From the IMG/VR virus record IMGVR_UViG_3300027896_005002, positions 1-59,487 of that record: a DNA stretch of 59,487 nucleotides, one strand, 5' to 3'. Positions 1 to 9,153 of this stretch are shown here, one piece after another (the first letter of the stretch is position 1; each line of letters opens with the position of its first letter). A program made the translations under genes and the position numbers. This DNA comes from a virus. The notes beneath the pieces were generated by a model. That model was given only the letters and a program-made list of their open reading frames with translations. It was not told the DNA's origin and did no database searches.

Positions 1-3000
1 CTTATGCCACTATAACCTGACAATCCCGAATATCCTGATGTACCTATACCCGAATAACCTGATTGTCCACTATAACCAGATATGCCCGAATAACCACTTT
101 GACCCGAATATCCTGATGATCCTTGACCAGAATACCCTGATATTCCTGAATAACCAGATGCACCTTCACCTGAATAACCAGATTGTCCTGAATAACCTGA
201 TGTTCCTACACCACTATAACCACTTTGTCCAGAATATCCACTTATACCTGAATAACCACTATGCCCAGAATATCCACTAATTCCTTGAGGTCCTGAAGGT
301 CCTGGAGCTCCACTTAAAGCAACTTCCCAAGTTGAATAAGTTCCTGATCCTGTAGTAAGAGTTATATTTACAACTAATGATCCTGTCCCAAAATCATAAG
401 ATGAAATTGATCCCTCCATCTTATTTGAACTATCATAAGCTATAATAATAGTCTGACCTATTGATAAAGCTAATCCTGCTTCAACAGTTAAATTTTGAAC
501 TCCCGTTCCAATAGTTAATGTAGTAGTTGAAGAAGTAGTATATCTATCACCTTCAAGTCCTGAATAACCTGAAGTACCTAAACCAGAATAACCACTAATA
601 CCTGAATATCCACTCTGTCCTGAATATCCTGAAATACCACTATATCCTGAATTTCCTGAATATCCACTTTGTCCTAATTCTCCTGAATATCCTGATGATC
701 CAGAATCACCTGAATATCCACTCGATCCAGAATACCCTGATGCTCCAGAATATCCACTTATACCTGAATAACCAGATGACCCAGGATTATCGCCACTAAA
801 TCCTGAATATCCACTAACACCCAATCCTGAATAACCACTAATACCTGAATATCCACTAACACCCAATCCTGAATAACCACTATATCCCAAACCTGAATAT
901 CCACTAATACCTGAATAACCGCTATATCCCAAACCTGAATATCCACTAATACCTGAATAACCGGATTGTCCTTGACTTCCTGATACACCTTGTTGTCCTT
1001 GTAAGAATATTATCCACGATGCAAAAGATCCAGATCCACTAATATTACTAACACTAACTGTCATATTTGGATGACTATATGCAGTAATACTACCTTGCAT
1101 ATAATTATTTAAATTTACTGAATAAGAAATGCTAACTCTCTGACCAACAGTAAATGATAAAGAATTTGCTCCATCTAATACAAAACTCTGAGTAAGAAAA
1201 CTTATTGTCATTGAAGTAGTAGATGTTCCATAAAAATTAGAACTTATTCCACTATATCCACTAAGTCCTGAAATTCCAGAATAACCACTTTGTCCTGAAT
1301 AGCCTGAAGATCCAGGATTATCACCACTAAATCCTGAAATTCCACTATACCCTGATGATCCGGGATTATCACCACTAAATCCTGAAACTCCACTATATCC
1401 ACTTTGTCCTGAATATCCTGATGATCCAGGATTATCACCACTAAATCCTGAAACTCCACTATATCCACTAAGACCACTGTATCCCGAATGACCTGACAAA
1501 CCTGAATATCCGCTTCGACCTGAATATCCGCTTCGACCTGAATATCCAGATACTCCTAATTCACCTGAATATCCTGATTGTCCAGAATATCCAGATATTC
1601 CTGAATAGCCTGACATTCCAGAACTACCAATTCCTGAATAGCCTGATTCACCTGAATATCCAGACGCTCCAGAATAACCCGATGTTCCTATTCCAGAATA
1701 TCCTGAAGTACCTACACCAGAATATCCTGAAATTCCGGATTGTCCTTGACTTCCTGATACACCTTGTTGTCCTTGTAAGAATATTATCCACGATGCAAAA
1801 GATCCAGATCCACTAATATTACTAACACTAACTGTCATATTTGGATGACTATATACAGTAATACTACCTTGCATATAATTATTTAAATTTGCTGAATAAG
1901 AAATACTAACTCGTTGTCCGACAGTAAATGATAAAGAATTTGCTCCATCTAATACAAAACTCTGAGTAAGAAGACTTATTGTCATTGAAGTAGTAGATGT
2001 TCCATAAAAATTAGAACTTATTCCACTATATCCGGATGACCCTGAATATCCGCTTTGACCTGAATAGCCTGAAATTCCAATTCCAGAATATCCACTTGCG
2101 CCAATTGTTCCAGAATAACCACTTACACCAACTTCTCCTGAATAACCGCTTACACCAACTTCTCCTGAATATCCTGAAACTCCACTATATCCACTTTGTC
2201 CTGAATAACCTGATGATCCGGGATTATCACCACTAAATCCTGAAACTCCACTATATCCACTTTGTCCTGAATATCCTGATGATCCAGGATTATCACCACT
2301 AAATCCTGAAATTCCACTATACCCTGAAATTCCACTATCACCAGAATATCCGGAAATTCCACTATAACCGGATGTTCCTACTCCAGAATACCCTGATGTT
2401 CCTACTCCAGAATACCCACTTATACCACTATAACCTGACAATCCTGAATATCCACTAATTCCACTATAACCGGATGTTCCAATACCTGAATATCCACTAA
2501 CGCCTATTTCTCCCGAATAACCTGATGTACCTACACCAGAATATCCTGACATTCCAGAATAACCAGACATTCCTGAATATCCACTTATTCCACTATATCC
2601 TGACGATCCAATGCTACCTGAATATCCACTTTCGCCAATTGTTCCTGAATACCCTGAAGTACCTACACCAGAATACCCTGAAGTACCTACACCAGAATAT
2701 CCCGACATTCCACTATATCCTGATCGACCACTATAACCCGATATTCCACTATATCCTGAAACGCCACTATAACCTGATATTCCACTGTATCCTGATGTAC
2801 CGATGCCAGAATACCCACTAATACCTATTTGACCAGAATATCCACTAACACCCGAACCTGAAAAACCAGAATATCCTGATCGACCACTATAACCTGAATA
2901 CCCTTTTTGACCTTCTATTGATACTAACCAATTTGAATATGTACCTGATCCCTGAATTGTATCAACATTAACTGTTAACAATCCAGAACCATTATTATAA

Positions 3001-5843
3001 TTTGTTATTTGACCAAACATATTATTATTAGCATCATAACTAATAACAATATATTGTCCTGAAATTAATGACAATCCCAAATCAACTGTAAAGGTCTGAA
3101 TTCCCAAATTAATCGTCATTGTATCTGATGATGATGTATTATATTTATCCGATTTTCCTGAATAACCTGACAATCCTGAATAACCTGAAAGACCAGATGA
3201 CCCTGACAAACCACTTATTCCAGAATAACCTGACCGACCAGAATAACCCGATTGTCCTGAATATCCACTAAATCCTGAATTTCCACTGTATCCTGAAGCA
3301 GCCTGTCCTGAATACCCAGATTGACCTTGACTACCCATTTGACCAGAATATCCCGAATTTCCTGAATATCCTGATGATCCAGGATTATCACCTGAAAAAC
3401 CTGATAGTCCACTATATCCTGATCCTCCTGAATATCCACTCTGTCCAGAATATCCACTTCTACCTGAATAACCTGATGATCCTGACAGTCCACTATATCC
3501 TGAAGCAGCCTGTCCAGAATATCCTGAAATTCCTATTCCTGAATATCCTGAAACTCCACTATATCCTGACGTTCCTGACATACCAGAATATCCTGATTGT
3601 CCTGAATAACCTGATGATCCAGGATTATCACCACTAAATCCTGAAACTCCACTATACCCTGAAGAACCACTCAGTCCAGAATAACCACTAATACCTGAAT
3701 ATCCACTTATGCCAGAATAACCACTATTGCCGGATTGTCCAGAATACCCTGACATTCCAGAATATCCACTTATACCAAAACCAGAATATCCTGATGTTCC
3801 AGAATATCCTGAAACACCAGAACCACTATATCCTGAAACACCAGAATAACCACTGCGTCCTGAAGTTCCTGATAATCCACTATAACCAGAAATTCCTGAA
3901 CTTCCAGAATAACCTGAAAATCCTGATTGACCTGAATATCCACTTACACCACTATATCCCGAAACACCAGAATAACCAGAAATTCCTGAATAACCTGATG
4001 TGCCACTTCCACTATAACCTGACTTTCCTGACCATCCACTCATTCCACTATAACCACTAATTCCAAAATCCCCAGAATAACCACTATATCCTGAAATGCC
4101 TGAATAGCCTGAAATACCGCTATATCCCGAAAATCCTGATAATCCTGATCGACCACTATAGCCAGAACTTCCTGAATTACCGCTACCACCACTATATCCT
4201 GAAACTCCAGAATACCCTGATTGTCCAGAATAACCTGATACTCCAGAATACCCTGAATATCCACTCCGTCCACTATAACCGGATTGTCCTGAATAACCTG
4301 AATTACCAATAGCACCAGAATAACCTGATGTTCCACTATACCCCGAATATCCTGAAGTCCCTGAATATCCAGAATAACCGCTTCTACCACTATATCCGCT
4401 TCTACCACTATATCCTGATTGACCTGAATATCCGCTACTTCCAGATATTCCAGAATATCCTGATGTTCCACTACCTGATATTCCTGAATAACCTGAATAT
4501 CCACTTCTACCACTATACCCTGAACCACCGGAATAACCACTATTTCCTATTGCACCAGAATATCCACTACTTCCCGATATTCCAGATTGTCCAGACAATC
4601 CACTATATCCTGATTGTCCACTCAGTCCTGATCGTCCCGAATATCCACTTATACCTGAATATCCTGATTCTCCGTCAATACCATCAATACCTGAATATCC
4701 TGAATTTCCAGAAGCCCCAGAATATCCACTTAAACCTGGCCTACCTGACCATCCACTTATTCCACTTCCTGATGCCCCTGAATATCCACTTAAACCTGAA
4801 TAACCTGAACGACCACTATATCCACTTACTCCAGAATATCCTGAAATTCCCGAATATCCTGACAATCCACTATAACCTGATTGTCCACTTAATCCTGATC
4901 TTCCAGAATAACCACTTATTCCTGTAGGTCCAGGAGCAGCACTTAATGACACATTCCAATTACTATATGTTCCAGAACCAATAATTGACGTTACATTAAC
5001 TACGAAATAACCATTTACAGGATTGTAAACAACAACATTGCCTTTCATACTATTACTTGCATCATAAACTATTAAAATTTCTTGACCAATTGAATACGCT
5101 AATTGTGTGCCAATTGTTAATGTTTGAGATCCTGTACCAATTGTTAGAGTCGATGATGATGTTGTTGTGTATCTATCACCCATTATTCCAGAATATCCAC
5201 TATACCCAGAATATCCAGAATATCCACTATGATTGACAATAATTTCTCTTCTACGAGGAAAATGTTGAGCAAAACTATAAACTTCAACGTGAATTAAATC
5301 ACTGTTACCATGTTGATCAATACCAAAAAACTTTAATACTGTATTTGTATTAATAATAATTGGTGAAACATATAGAATTGAAGCTATAGTTGGTACAGAT
5401 CCATCTAATGTATAATAAATACTTGTATTTTGTTTGTCAGAAGTTAACGTTATTTCTTGTGTAGAAACGAACGTTCCTCCGTGAGGAATTGCAATTACAT
5501 GAGGTTTTACAGTATCAGTCGTTACAATTGCAAATGAATAATTATCAGTGTATATAACATTAAGACCATCTTTGACATTAGAATCTATAGTAATAGTTGA
5601 TGCTACAGGAAATAAATTTGTATGTGCTATATAAACATTATATCCATGAACTACAGGTGTAATTGTTCCTGAATAAATAGGCGACTGAAATACACCGTCA
5701 ATAATAGCATCTATAGAATTTATTTTGACATTCAAAGTTGTTATAAGAATTGTTGTGTCAGTGCGAATTTCAAAATATACAGGCGATGTTTCTGGAACGC
5801 CTGTTGCACCTGAATCTGGTGATCTACTTTGGAAAGTTATCAT
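1..5843 (-). CDS. Giant collagen-like / GYSG-repeat fibre protein, 3'-partial (>1947 aa, continues beyond window start)
   Basis: Seen in sequence: minus-strand ATG at 5843-5841, which is 2 nt below the TAA stop of the preceding gene. Translation begins MITFQSRSPDSGATGVPETSPVYFEIRTD. It continues through an Ig-like region and a chitobiase-C/Fn3-like motif (SIYYTLDGSVPT). From about residue 215 it becomes (GYSG/GxSG)n tracts with collagen-like APGPTG spacers. Five ~75-aa beta-sandwich modules (TLTIGTGSQtLtIGT...GSGTYSnWnV) interrupt the repeats. Spot translations at 3-56, 5780-5843 and around 300-540 are all in this frame (plus-strand triplets starting at positions divisible by 3). All five minus-strand ORFs the track lists in 1..5800 lie in the adjacent frame, and none is listed in this one. 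That is what one uninterrupted ORF running off the window edge would produce. I did not check every codon for stops by hand. Confidence 0.7.
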   Translation of the reverse strand, partial: MITFQSRSPDSGATGVPETSPVYFEIRTDTTILITTLNVKINSIDAIIDGVFQSPIYSGTITPVVHGYNVYIAHTNLFPVASTITIDSNVKDGLNVIYTDNYSFAIVTTDTVKPHVIAIPHGGTFVSTQEITLTSDKQNTSIYYTLDGSVPTIASILYVSPIIINTNTVLKFFGIDQHGNSDLIHVEVYSFAQHFPRRREIIVNHSGYSGYSGYSGYSGIMGDRYTTTSSSTLTIGTGSQTLTIGTQLAYSIGQEILIVYDASNSMKGNVVVYNPVNGYFVVNVTSIIGSGTYSNWNVSLSAAPGPTGISGYSGRSGLSGQSGYSGLSGYSGISGYSGVSGYSGRSGYSGLSGYSGASGSGISGWSGRPGLSGYSGASGNSGYSGIDGIDGESGYSGISGYSGRSGLSGQSGYSGLSGQSGISGSSGYSGAIGNSGYSGGSGYSGRSGYSGYSGISGSGTSGYSGISGSSGYSGQSGYSGRSGYSGRSGYSGYSGTSGYSGYSGTSGYSGAIGNSGYSGQSGYSGRSGYSGYSGVSGYSGQSGYSGVSGYSGGSGNSGSSGYSGRSGLSGFSGYSGISGYSGISGYSGYSGDFGISGYSGMSGWSGKSGYSGSGTSGYSGISGYSGVSGYSGVSGYSGQSGFSGYSGSSGISGYSGLSGTSGRSGYSGVSGYSGSGVSGYSGTSGYSGFGISGYSGMSGYSGQSGNSGYSGISGYSGISGYSGLSGSSGYSGVSGFSGDNPGSSGYSGQSGYSGMSGTSGYSGVSGYSGIGISGYSGQAASGYSGLSGSSGYSGRSGYSGQSGYSGGSGYSGLSGFSGDNPGSSGYSGNSGYSGQMGSQGQSGYSGQAASGYSGNSGFSGYSGQSGYSGRSGYSGISGLSGSSGLSGYSGLSGYSGKSDKYNTSSSDTMTINLGIQTFTVDLGLSLISGQYIVISYDANNNMFGQITNYNNGSGLLTVNVDTIQGSGTYSNWLVSIEGQKGYSGYSGRSGYSGFSGSGVSGYSGQIGISGYSGIGTSGYSGISGYSGVSGYSGISGYSGRSGYSGMSGYSGVGTSGYSGVGTSGYSGTIGESGYSGSIGSSGYSGISGYSGMSGYSGMSGYSGVGTSGYSGEIGVSGYSGIGTSGYSGISGYSGLSGYSGISGYSGVGTSGYSGVGTSGYSGISGYSGDSGISGYSGISGFSGDNPGSSGYSGQSGYSGVSGFSGDNPGSSGYSGQSGYSGVSGYSGEVGVSGYSGEVGVSGYSGTIGASGYSGIGISGYSGQSGYSGSSGYSGISSNFYGTSTTSMTISLLTQSFVLDGANSLSFTVGQRVSISYSANLNNYMQGSITVYSHPNMTVSVSNISGSGSFASWIIFLQGQQGVSGSQGQSGISGYSGVGTSGYSGIGTSGYSGASGYSGESGYSGIGSSGMSGYSGISGYSGQSGYSGELGVSGYSGRSGYSGRSGYSGLSGHSGYSGLSGYSGVSGFSGDNPGSSGYSGQSGYSGVSGFSGDNPGSSGYSGISGFSGDNPGSSGYSGQSGYSGISGLSGYSGISSNFYGTSTTSMTISFLTQSFVLDGANSLSFTVGQRVSISYSVNLNNYMQGSITAYSHPNMTVSVSNISGSGSFASWIIFLQGQQGVSGSQGQSGYSGISGYSGLGYSGYSGISGYSGLGYSGYSGLGVSGYSGISGYSGLGVSGYSGFSGDNPGSSGYSGISGYSGASGYSGSSGYSGDSGSSGYSGELGQSGYSGNSGYSGISGYSGQSGYSGISGYSGLGTSGYSGLEGDRYTTSSTTTLTIGTGVQNLTVEAGLALSIGQTIIIAYDSSNKMEGSISSYDFGTGSLVVNITLTTGSGTYSTWEVALSGAPGPSGPQGISGYSGHSGYSGISGYSGQSGYSGVGTSGYSGQSGYSGEGASGYSGISGYSGQGSSGYSGQSGYSGISGYSGQSGYSGIGTSGYSGLSGYSGI
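961..1260 (-). repeat. Copy 1 of a ~300-bp near-identical intragenic direct repeat (the beta-sandwich module plus flanking collagen-like linker)
   Basis: Seen in sequence: 961-1260 and 1735-2033 align with about 8 mismatches over ~300 bp (for example tatgcag vs tatacag, and gctaactctctgacc vs actaactcgttgtcc). Confidence 0.85.
1735..2033 (-). repeat. Copy 2 of the ~300-bp near-identical intragenic direct repeat (offset ~774 bp from copy 1)
   Basis: Seen in sequence: same alignment as the previous feature. Confidence 0.85.
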
Positions 5844-5845
5844 AT

Positions 5846-6283
5846 TTAATCCTTAATTGCAAAAATATCATTAAAAGCCTGAATTAGTCTGTCTTCCAGT
5901 GATGACAAAATATATTTGTCATACAATTTTTTTTGAATTGCTAGCCAATCAATATTACAAACTTTATCATCAAACAAATGATCATAATAAATTTTTCTAC
6001 TAGTATTAAATGACAAAAAAGGCGCATTTTCATTAATTGTATGAATTTTGATATCATTTGCATTTAAGAAATCTAGTGCATTTTGTAGTACCTGACCACT
6101 TCGACATGTCCATAAAATAGTGTGAAAATTATCGTAAATCCAGTTTATAACTTCTTTTGCATATGGAAGTAAAACAAAATTCTTACTATGAACGTCTTCA
6201 TTCAATTGAACAATCGTGCCGTCAAAATCAATTGAAATAATAATTCTGTGTGTGTCTTTAAACAAATTTCCATTTGTATCCAT
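5846..6283 (-). CDS. HAD-superfamily phosphatase-like protein (possible 5'(3')-deoxyribonucleotidase / PNK-phosphatase type)
   Basis: Seen in sequence: HAD motif I, IIISIDFDGTIV (DxDGT), lies close to the N-terminus when the ATG at 6283 is used. The ORF track's longer form starts at a TTG at 6331. The C-terminal part overlaps the GIY-YIG gene end by 26 nt. The family assignment is inferred from motif I alone. Confidence 0.5.
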   Translation of the reverse strand: MDTNGNLFKDTHRIIISIDFDGTIVQLNEDVHSKNFVLLPYAKEVINWIYDNFHTILWTCRSGQVLQNALDFLNANDIKIHTINENAPFLSFNTSRKIYYDHLFDDKVCNIDWLAIQKKLYDKYILSSLEDRLIQAFNDIFAIKD

Positions 6284-6998
6284 AAGCACTTTTACTCTTA
6301 TTTCTACAACAATTAATAATGTTAATTGCAAGTATATTTAATGATTCTTTAATTTTCATTGCATTATCCCAAATTTTTATAAACTCATTTTTTTTCGTTA
6401 ATTGTATTATAGACTTTGAATATTTATCACACGTTAATTTATTAACATCATGCCATTTTTTCAAATTACTAATATAACCATTTTCATATAAATTTTTCTG
6501 TGCATCTGAACAATGCTTTTTTGATTCATCTGAATATTTTTTATGTTTCGATCCTAATTGTACTCTACTTTTTAATTCATTTCTCCATTGTGGATGTTTT
6601 TTACCTAATATTGCTAATCGTAATTTTTCTTTAGTTTCTTTGCTTTTCTTAACACCTAATGTCGATCCTGCTATTTTTGAAACATTATAAATCGGTTGTA
6701 ATAAATCTAAATAATGTTGTTCTCTACTTATTAATTGACTTACATCATTTACTTCCTCCAATATTTCAACTTTAAAAGACTCTATAGAATATTTATTAAA
6801 TGCTCTTTGTAAAATAATAGAATGATGTTTATTTTTATTAAGCATTCTTATATGCAAATTCATTCTATGCCGTAAATTTTTTGTTGATCCTATATAAACT
6901 TTATCTGATATCTTATTTTTAATGCAATAAACACATGAACAAATTGATAATGTTTTAAATAAATCTACATTCCAAAAATCTTTTAAATCTTGTATCAT
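6258..6998 (-). CDS. Free-standing GIY-YIG homing endonuclease (I-TevI/Seg-like) with NUMOD3-type DNA-binding repeats
   Basis: Seen in sequence: CVYCIKNKISDKVYIGST ... HSIILQRAFNKYSIESFKVEILEE ... REQHYL closely parallels the I-TevI catalytic domain (GIYQIKN..KVYVGSA ... HSSIKLQRSFNK ... ILEE). NUMOD3-like repeats follow (GSTLGVKKSKETKEKLRLAILGKKH; GSKHKKYSDESKKHCSDAQK). I take the ATG at 6998 as the start; the ORF track extends to a TTG at 7019. Confidence 0.8.
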   Translation of the reverse strand: MIQDLKDFWNVDLFKTLSICSCVYCIKNKISDKVYIGSTKNLRHRMNLHIRMLNKNKHHSIILQRAFNKYSIESFKVEILEEVNDVSQLISREQHYLDLLQPIYNVSKIAGSTLGVKKSKETKEKLRLAILGKKHPQWRNELKSRVQLGSKHKKYSDESKKHCSDAQKNLYENGYISNLKKWHDVNKLTCDKYSKSIIQLTKKNEFIKIWDNAMKIKESLNILAINIINCCRNKSKSAYGYKWKFV

Positions 6999-7031
6999 CT
7001 GAATAACCGTCAAAATCAATATGTTTAAGGT

Positions 7032-7463
7032 TTAATTTTTTACATTTTTTATAGTTAATAATTTGACAAAATCAACAGATTCATGAATTCCAACAGCACC
7101 TAAACCTGCAACAAAACCAGCAATTAAACTAGCAGTTAAATTCATACCAGTTAGTAAATTATTTATAATACCACTAAGAATACCAAGAATCATTGCAATA
7201 TATGGTTTTGCTGCTTTCATTTTTGGTGTATTAAAAAAAGCAGCAATTGGACCGAAATTTGTCAGCGAGATTAATAATTTAATTACAACTGCTGATACAA
7301 TTAACCACGTTACATCACCGGCTTTTAATCCTTTAATCGCATTAATCACATCACTAGTGTTTTTAACTAAAGAATCAACAGTTACTTTAGTTGAATCGAC
7401 TGCCAACACGACAAAAGCTGCAACAAAAATAAATGCTGTAAATAAGACTACTTTCAGCTTCAT
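7032..7463 (-). CDS. Small membrane protein with 3-4 predicted TM helices, possible holin-like
   Basis: Seen in sequence: ATG at 7463 preceded by a GGAGGA Shine-Dalgarno. Hydrophobic stretches are VVLFTAFIFVAAFVVLAV, WLIVSAVVIKLLISL, YIAMILGILSGIINNLLTG and LIAGFVAGLGAVGI. The holin role is inferred from size, topology and position; there is no recognisable endolysin in the window. Confidence 0.4.
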   Translation of the reverse strand: MKLKVVLFTAFIFVAAFVVLAVDSTKVTVDSLVKNTSDVINAIKGLKAGDVTWLIVSAVVIKLLISLTNFGPIAAFFNTPKMKAAKPYIAMILGILSGIINNLLTGMNLTASLIAGFVAGLGAVGIHESVDFVKLLTIKNVKN

Positions 7464-7622
7464 ATGTCCTCCTACCTATGTTATTGATTTTGACGGTTTG
7501 TATAACTTTTGAACTTGCGCAACAATAAATACTACTATGTTGGCATCCTGAACTATTATTGTTTTATTAACTTTTTATTAATTTTAGAGGAGATAATTAT
7601 AGCGGAATATTAAAGAAGTCGC

Positions 7623-8108
7623 CTAATTTTTAACAACCCAATCTGTAGGTGTTAATACTTTTTCATTTTTTCTATGTTCATATTCTGCAAAAATTTTGCC
7701 TTTATCTTTGTCTGACTTAATTATTACATCAACATCCCAACCACTTGGCAAACAATATCGTAACTTTTCTTGAGGACCATCTAAATTATCTGGATAAAAG
7801 CAATCAAACATTTCTTTTGATATATTTGTTTCAGATTCTTGTTGTAATGGTAAATGTTTTACACCAAGACTATATTGCGGGTCTTTTCCTGATTCTTTTG
7901 TCATTCTAATTCTAGCATAAGCAATAGATTTGTCGCAATTTTTAACATCTCTAAGTTTGCCCTGTTTTATGATTTTAGGTTCAATACTTAAACAATCTTT
8001 TGGCAATTCTCGTAATTCTAGTCTTTTCTCCTGTTCTTTATGAACTTCACCATTCATATCCTGAGCAAATTTTATAAATTCTTTTTGAATTGTTGACAAA
8101 TGATTCAT
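7623..8108 (-). CDS. Hypothetical protein; N-terminus (MNHLSTIQKEFIKFA) is paralogous to the N-terminus of the plus-strand gene at 58881
   Basis: Seen in sequence: complete ORF of 161 aa. MNHLSTIQKEFIKFAQD in this protein aligns with MNHLATIQSEFVKEARK in the 58881 protein. Confidence 0.5.
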   Translation of the reverse strand: MNHLSTIQKEFIKFAQDMNGEVHKEQEKRLELRELPKDCLSIEPKIIKQGKLRDVKNCDKSIAYARIRMTKESGKDPQYSLGVKHLPLQQESETNISKEMFDCFYPDNLDGPQEKLRYCLPSGWDVDVIIKSDKDKGKIFAEYEHRKNEKVLTPTDWVVKN

Positions 8109-8235
8109 TTTAATTCATTCTCCCAAAGGATCTTCAAAATGTATTTTAGGACAAAGAAATTCGATAATAAATGAAACTATTATAATATAACAAATCATAC
8201 CAATAACCCATTTTAAAAATACAGGTATTGTCATA

Positions 8236-9153
8236 TTAGCCTATCAAAATTCTATTGAATCGTGTGCCCGTCCAACGTTTAATGTTTTGTCCGGTCGTCC
8301 AAGGTCCAAGAGCTGCTCCTCTTGAATATGTGTATCGATCTTGTCTTAATCCAACAGTACATAGAATTCTCTTTTTTGCCATTTCTAATTGTTTATCAAT
8401 AGTTCCTTGTAGACTGTTAGCAAAACCTGAATATTTGTCGGATCTTCTAACATCAAGACTTATACCTGCAAGTGAATAATTAAATTCTTCCCCTGCCCAT
8501 AAAATGGCTAAATCATATAATGCATATACTTGAGCCTCAAGAAGCATTAATGGTTCCCAAGCCGATGGATATGTTAACAAATTATAATCGGTTGCCGGAG
8601 GAAATAGATTAACATAATTTGATGCATCTTCAAGATGATTAGCTAAACTATCATCTCTCCATTTATATCCACGAGTTTGCGTAAAACCAGCTATTTCTTG
8701 TTCAGATGATGGTGGTGAAAAATGATAATCTGCATCAGGATTTACATCTCTTAATTTTACTCTTAATTTATGAATTAGTCGTTTAATAGACTCAGGATAT
8801 TCTTCATCTAATATAGTTAGCTTTGAAACAATTTCAAATTCTTCTTTATTTGCAAGTGATATTGATGTTGGTATTTCTTTTACATTCCAAACTATTTTGT
8901 GCATACCAATATTTTCAGTATCAGGAATAACCCATGGAGCAAAATAACTTCCAACAGCAAATTTAATAGGAATTCTATTATTGCCACCAATTAAAACATC
9001 TGTTCCAGAAGTTGAGTCATACAAATCAAAAGTGATAGAATAAGGATCTTTTAGATTACCATTTCTATCATACACAAAAACGTTCAGATTATCTTTTGAT
9101 GTCGTATCACCTCGTCTTATTGCATTCATATATTCTCCTAAGCGCAGCCACAA
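8236..9153 (-). CDS. Hypothetical virion-associated protein; N-terminal beta-rich domain paralogous to 10059..10475
   Basis: Seen in sequence: NGNLKDPYSITFDLYDSTSGTDVLIGGNNRIPIKFAVGSYFAPWVIPDTENIGMHKIVWNVK in this protein aligns with NGEQLTDPYYISYTIFDYTTGSKEIIRQTINSIPMKFDIGSYFVPLRIDPLIFRVGRHIIQWNIK in 10059..10475. Confidence 0.5.
   Translation of the reverse strand: MWLRLGEYMNAIRRGDTTSKDNLNVFVYDRNGNLKDPYSITFDLYDSTSGTDVLIGGNNRIPIKFAVGSYFAPWVIPDTENIGMHKIVWNVKEIPTSISLANKEEFEIVSKLTILDEEYPESIKRLIHKLRVKLRDVNPDADYHFSPPSSEQEIAGFTQTRGYKWRDDSLANHLEDASNYVNLFPPATDYNLLTYPSAWEPLMLLEAQVYALYDLAILWAGEEFNYSLAGISLDVRRSDKYSGFANSLQGTIDKQLEMAKKRILCTVGLRQDRYTYSRGAALGPWTTGQNIKRWTGTRFNRILIG

Larger units (their letters stand above)
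300..5200 (-). repeat. 12-nt periodic coding repeat (GGATATTCAGGx and variants encoding Gly-Tyr-Ser-Gly) filling most of the giant fibre gene
   Basis: Seen in sequence: on the plus strand the motif recurs as ccTGAATAtCC / ccaGAATAaCC hundreds of times. No unique spacers of regular length separate the units, so this is coding low complexity rather than a CRISPR-like array. Confidence 0.8.

Noticed and set aside
38-4927. Short ORFs from the track inside the giant fibre gene (38..280+, 758..988-, 1244..1477-, 2036..2236+, 2150..2362-, 2525..2821+, 3215..3493-, 3374..3637+, 3794..4060+, 4040..4540-, 4328..4927+)
   Set aside because: They are off-frame or antisense readings of the GYSG repeat DNA. 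Their products are low-complexity (VIQ/LNN/HYN repeats), and they all sit inside the long open frame that starts at 5843.
300-5200. Possibility that the 12-nt periodic repeat region is a CRISPR-like or satellite array
   Set aside because: It has no constant-length unique spacers and no leader. The periodicity is a codon-level GYSG repeat within a continuous ORF.
7530-7560. Sigma-54-like TGGCAT motif in the 7464..7622 intergenic region
   Set aside because: It is on the plus (non-coding) strand, and it lacks the TTGC element at the correct 5-nt spacing.
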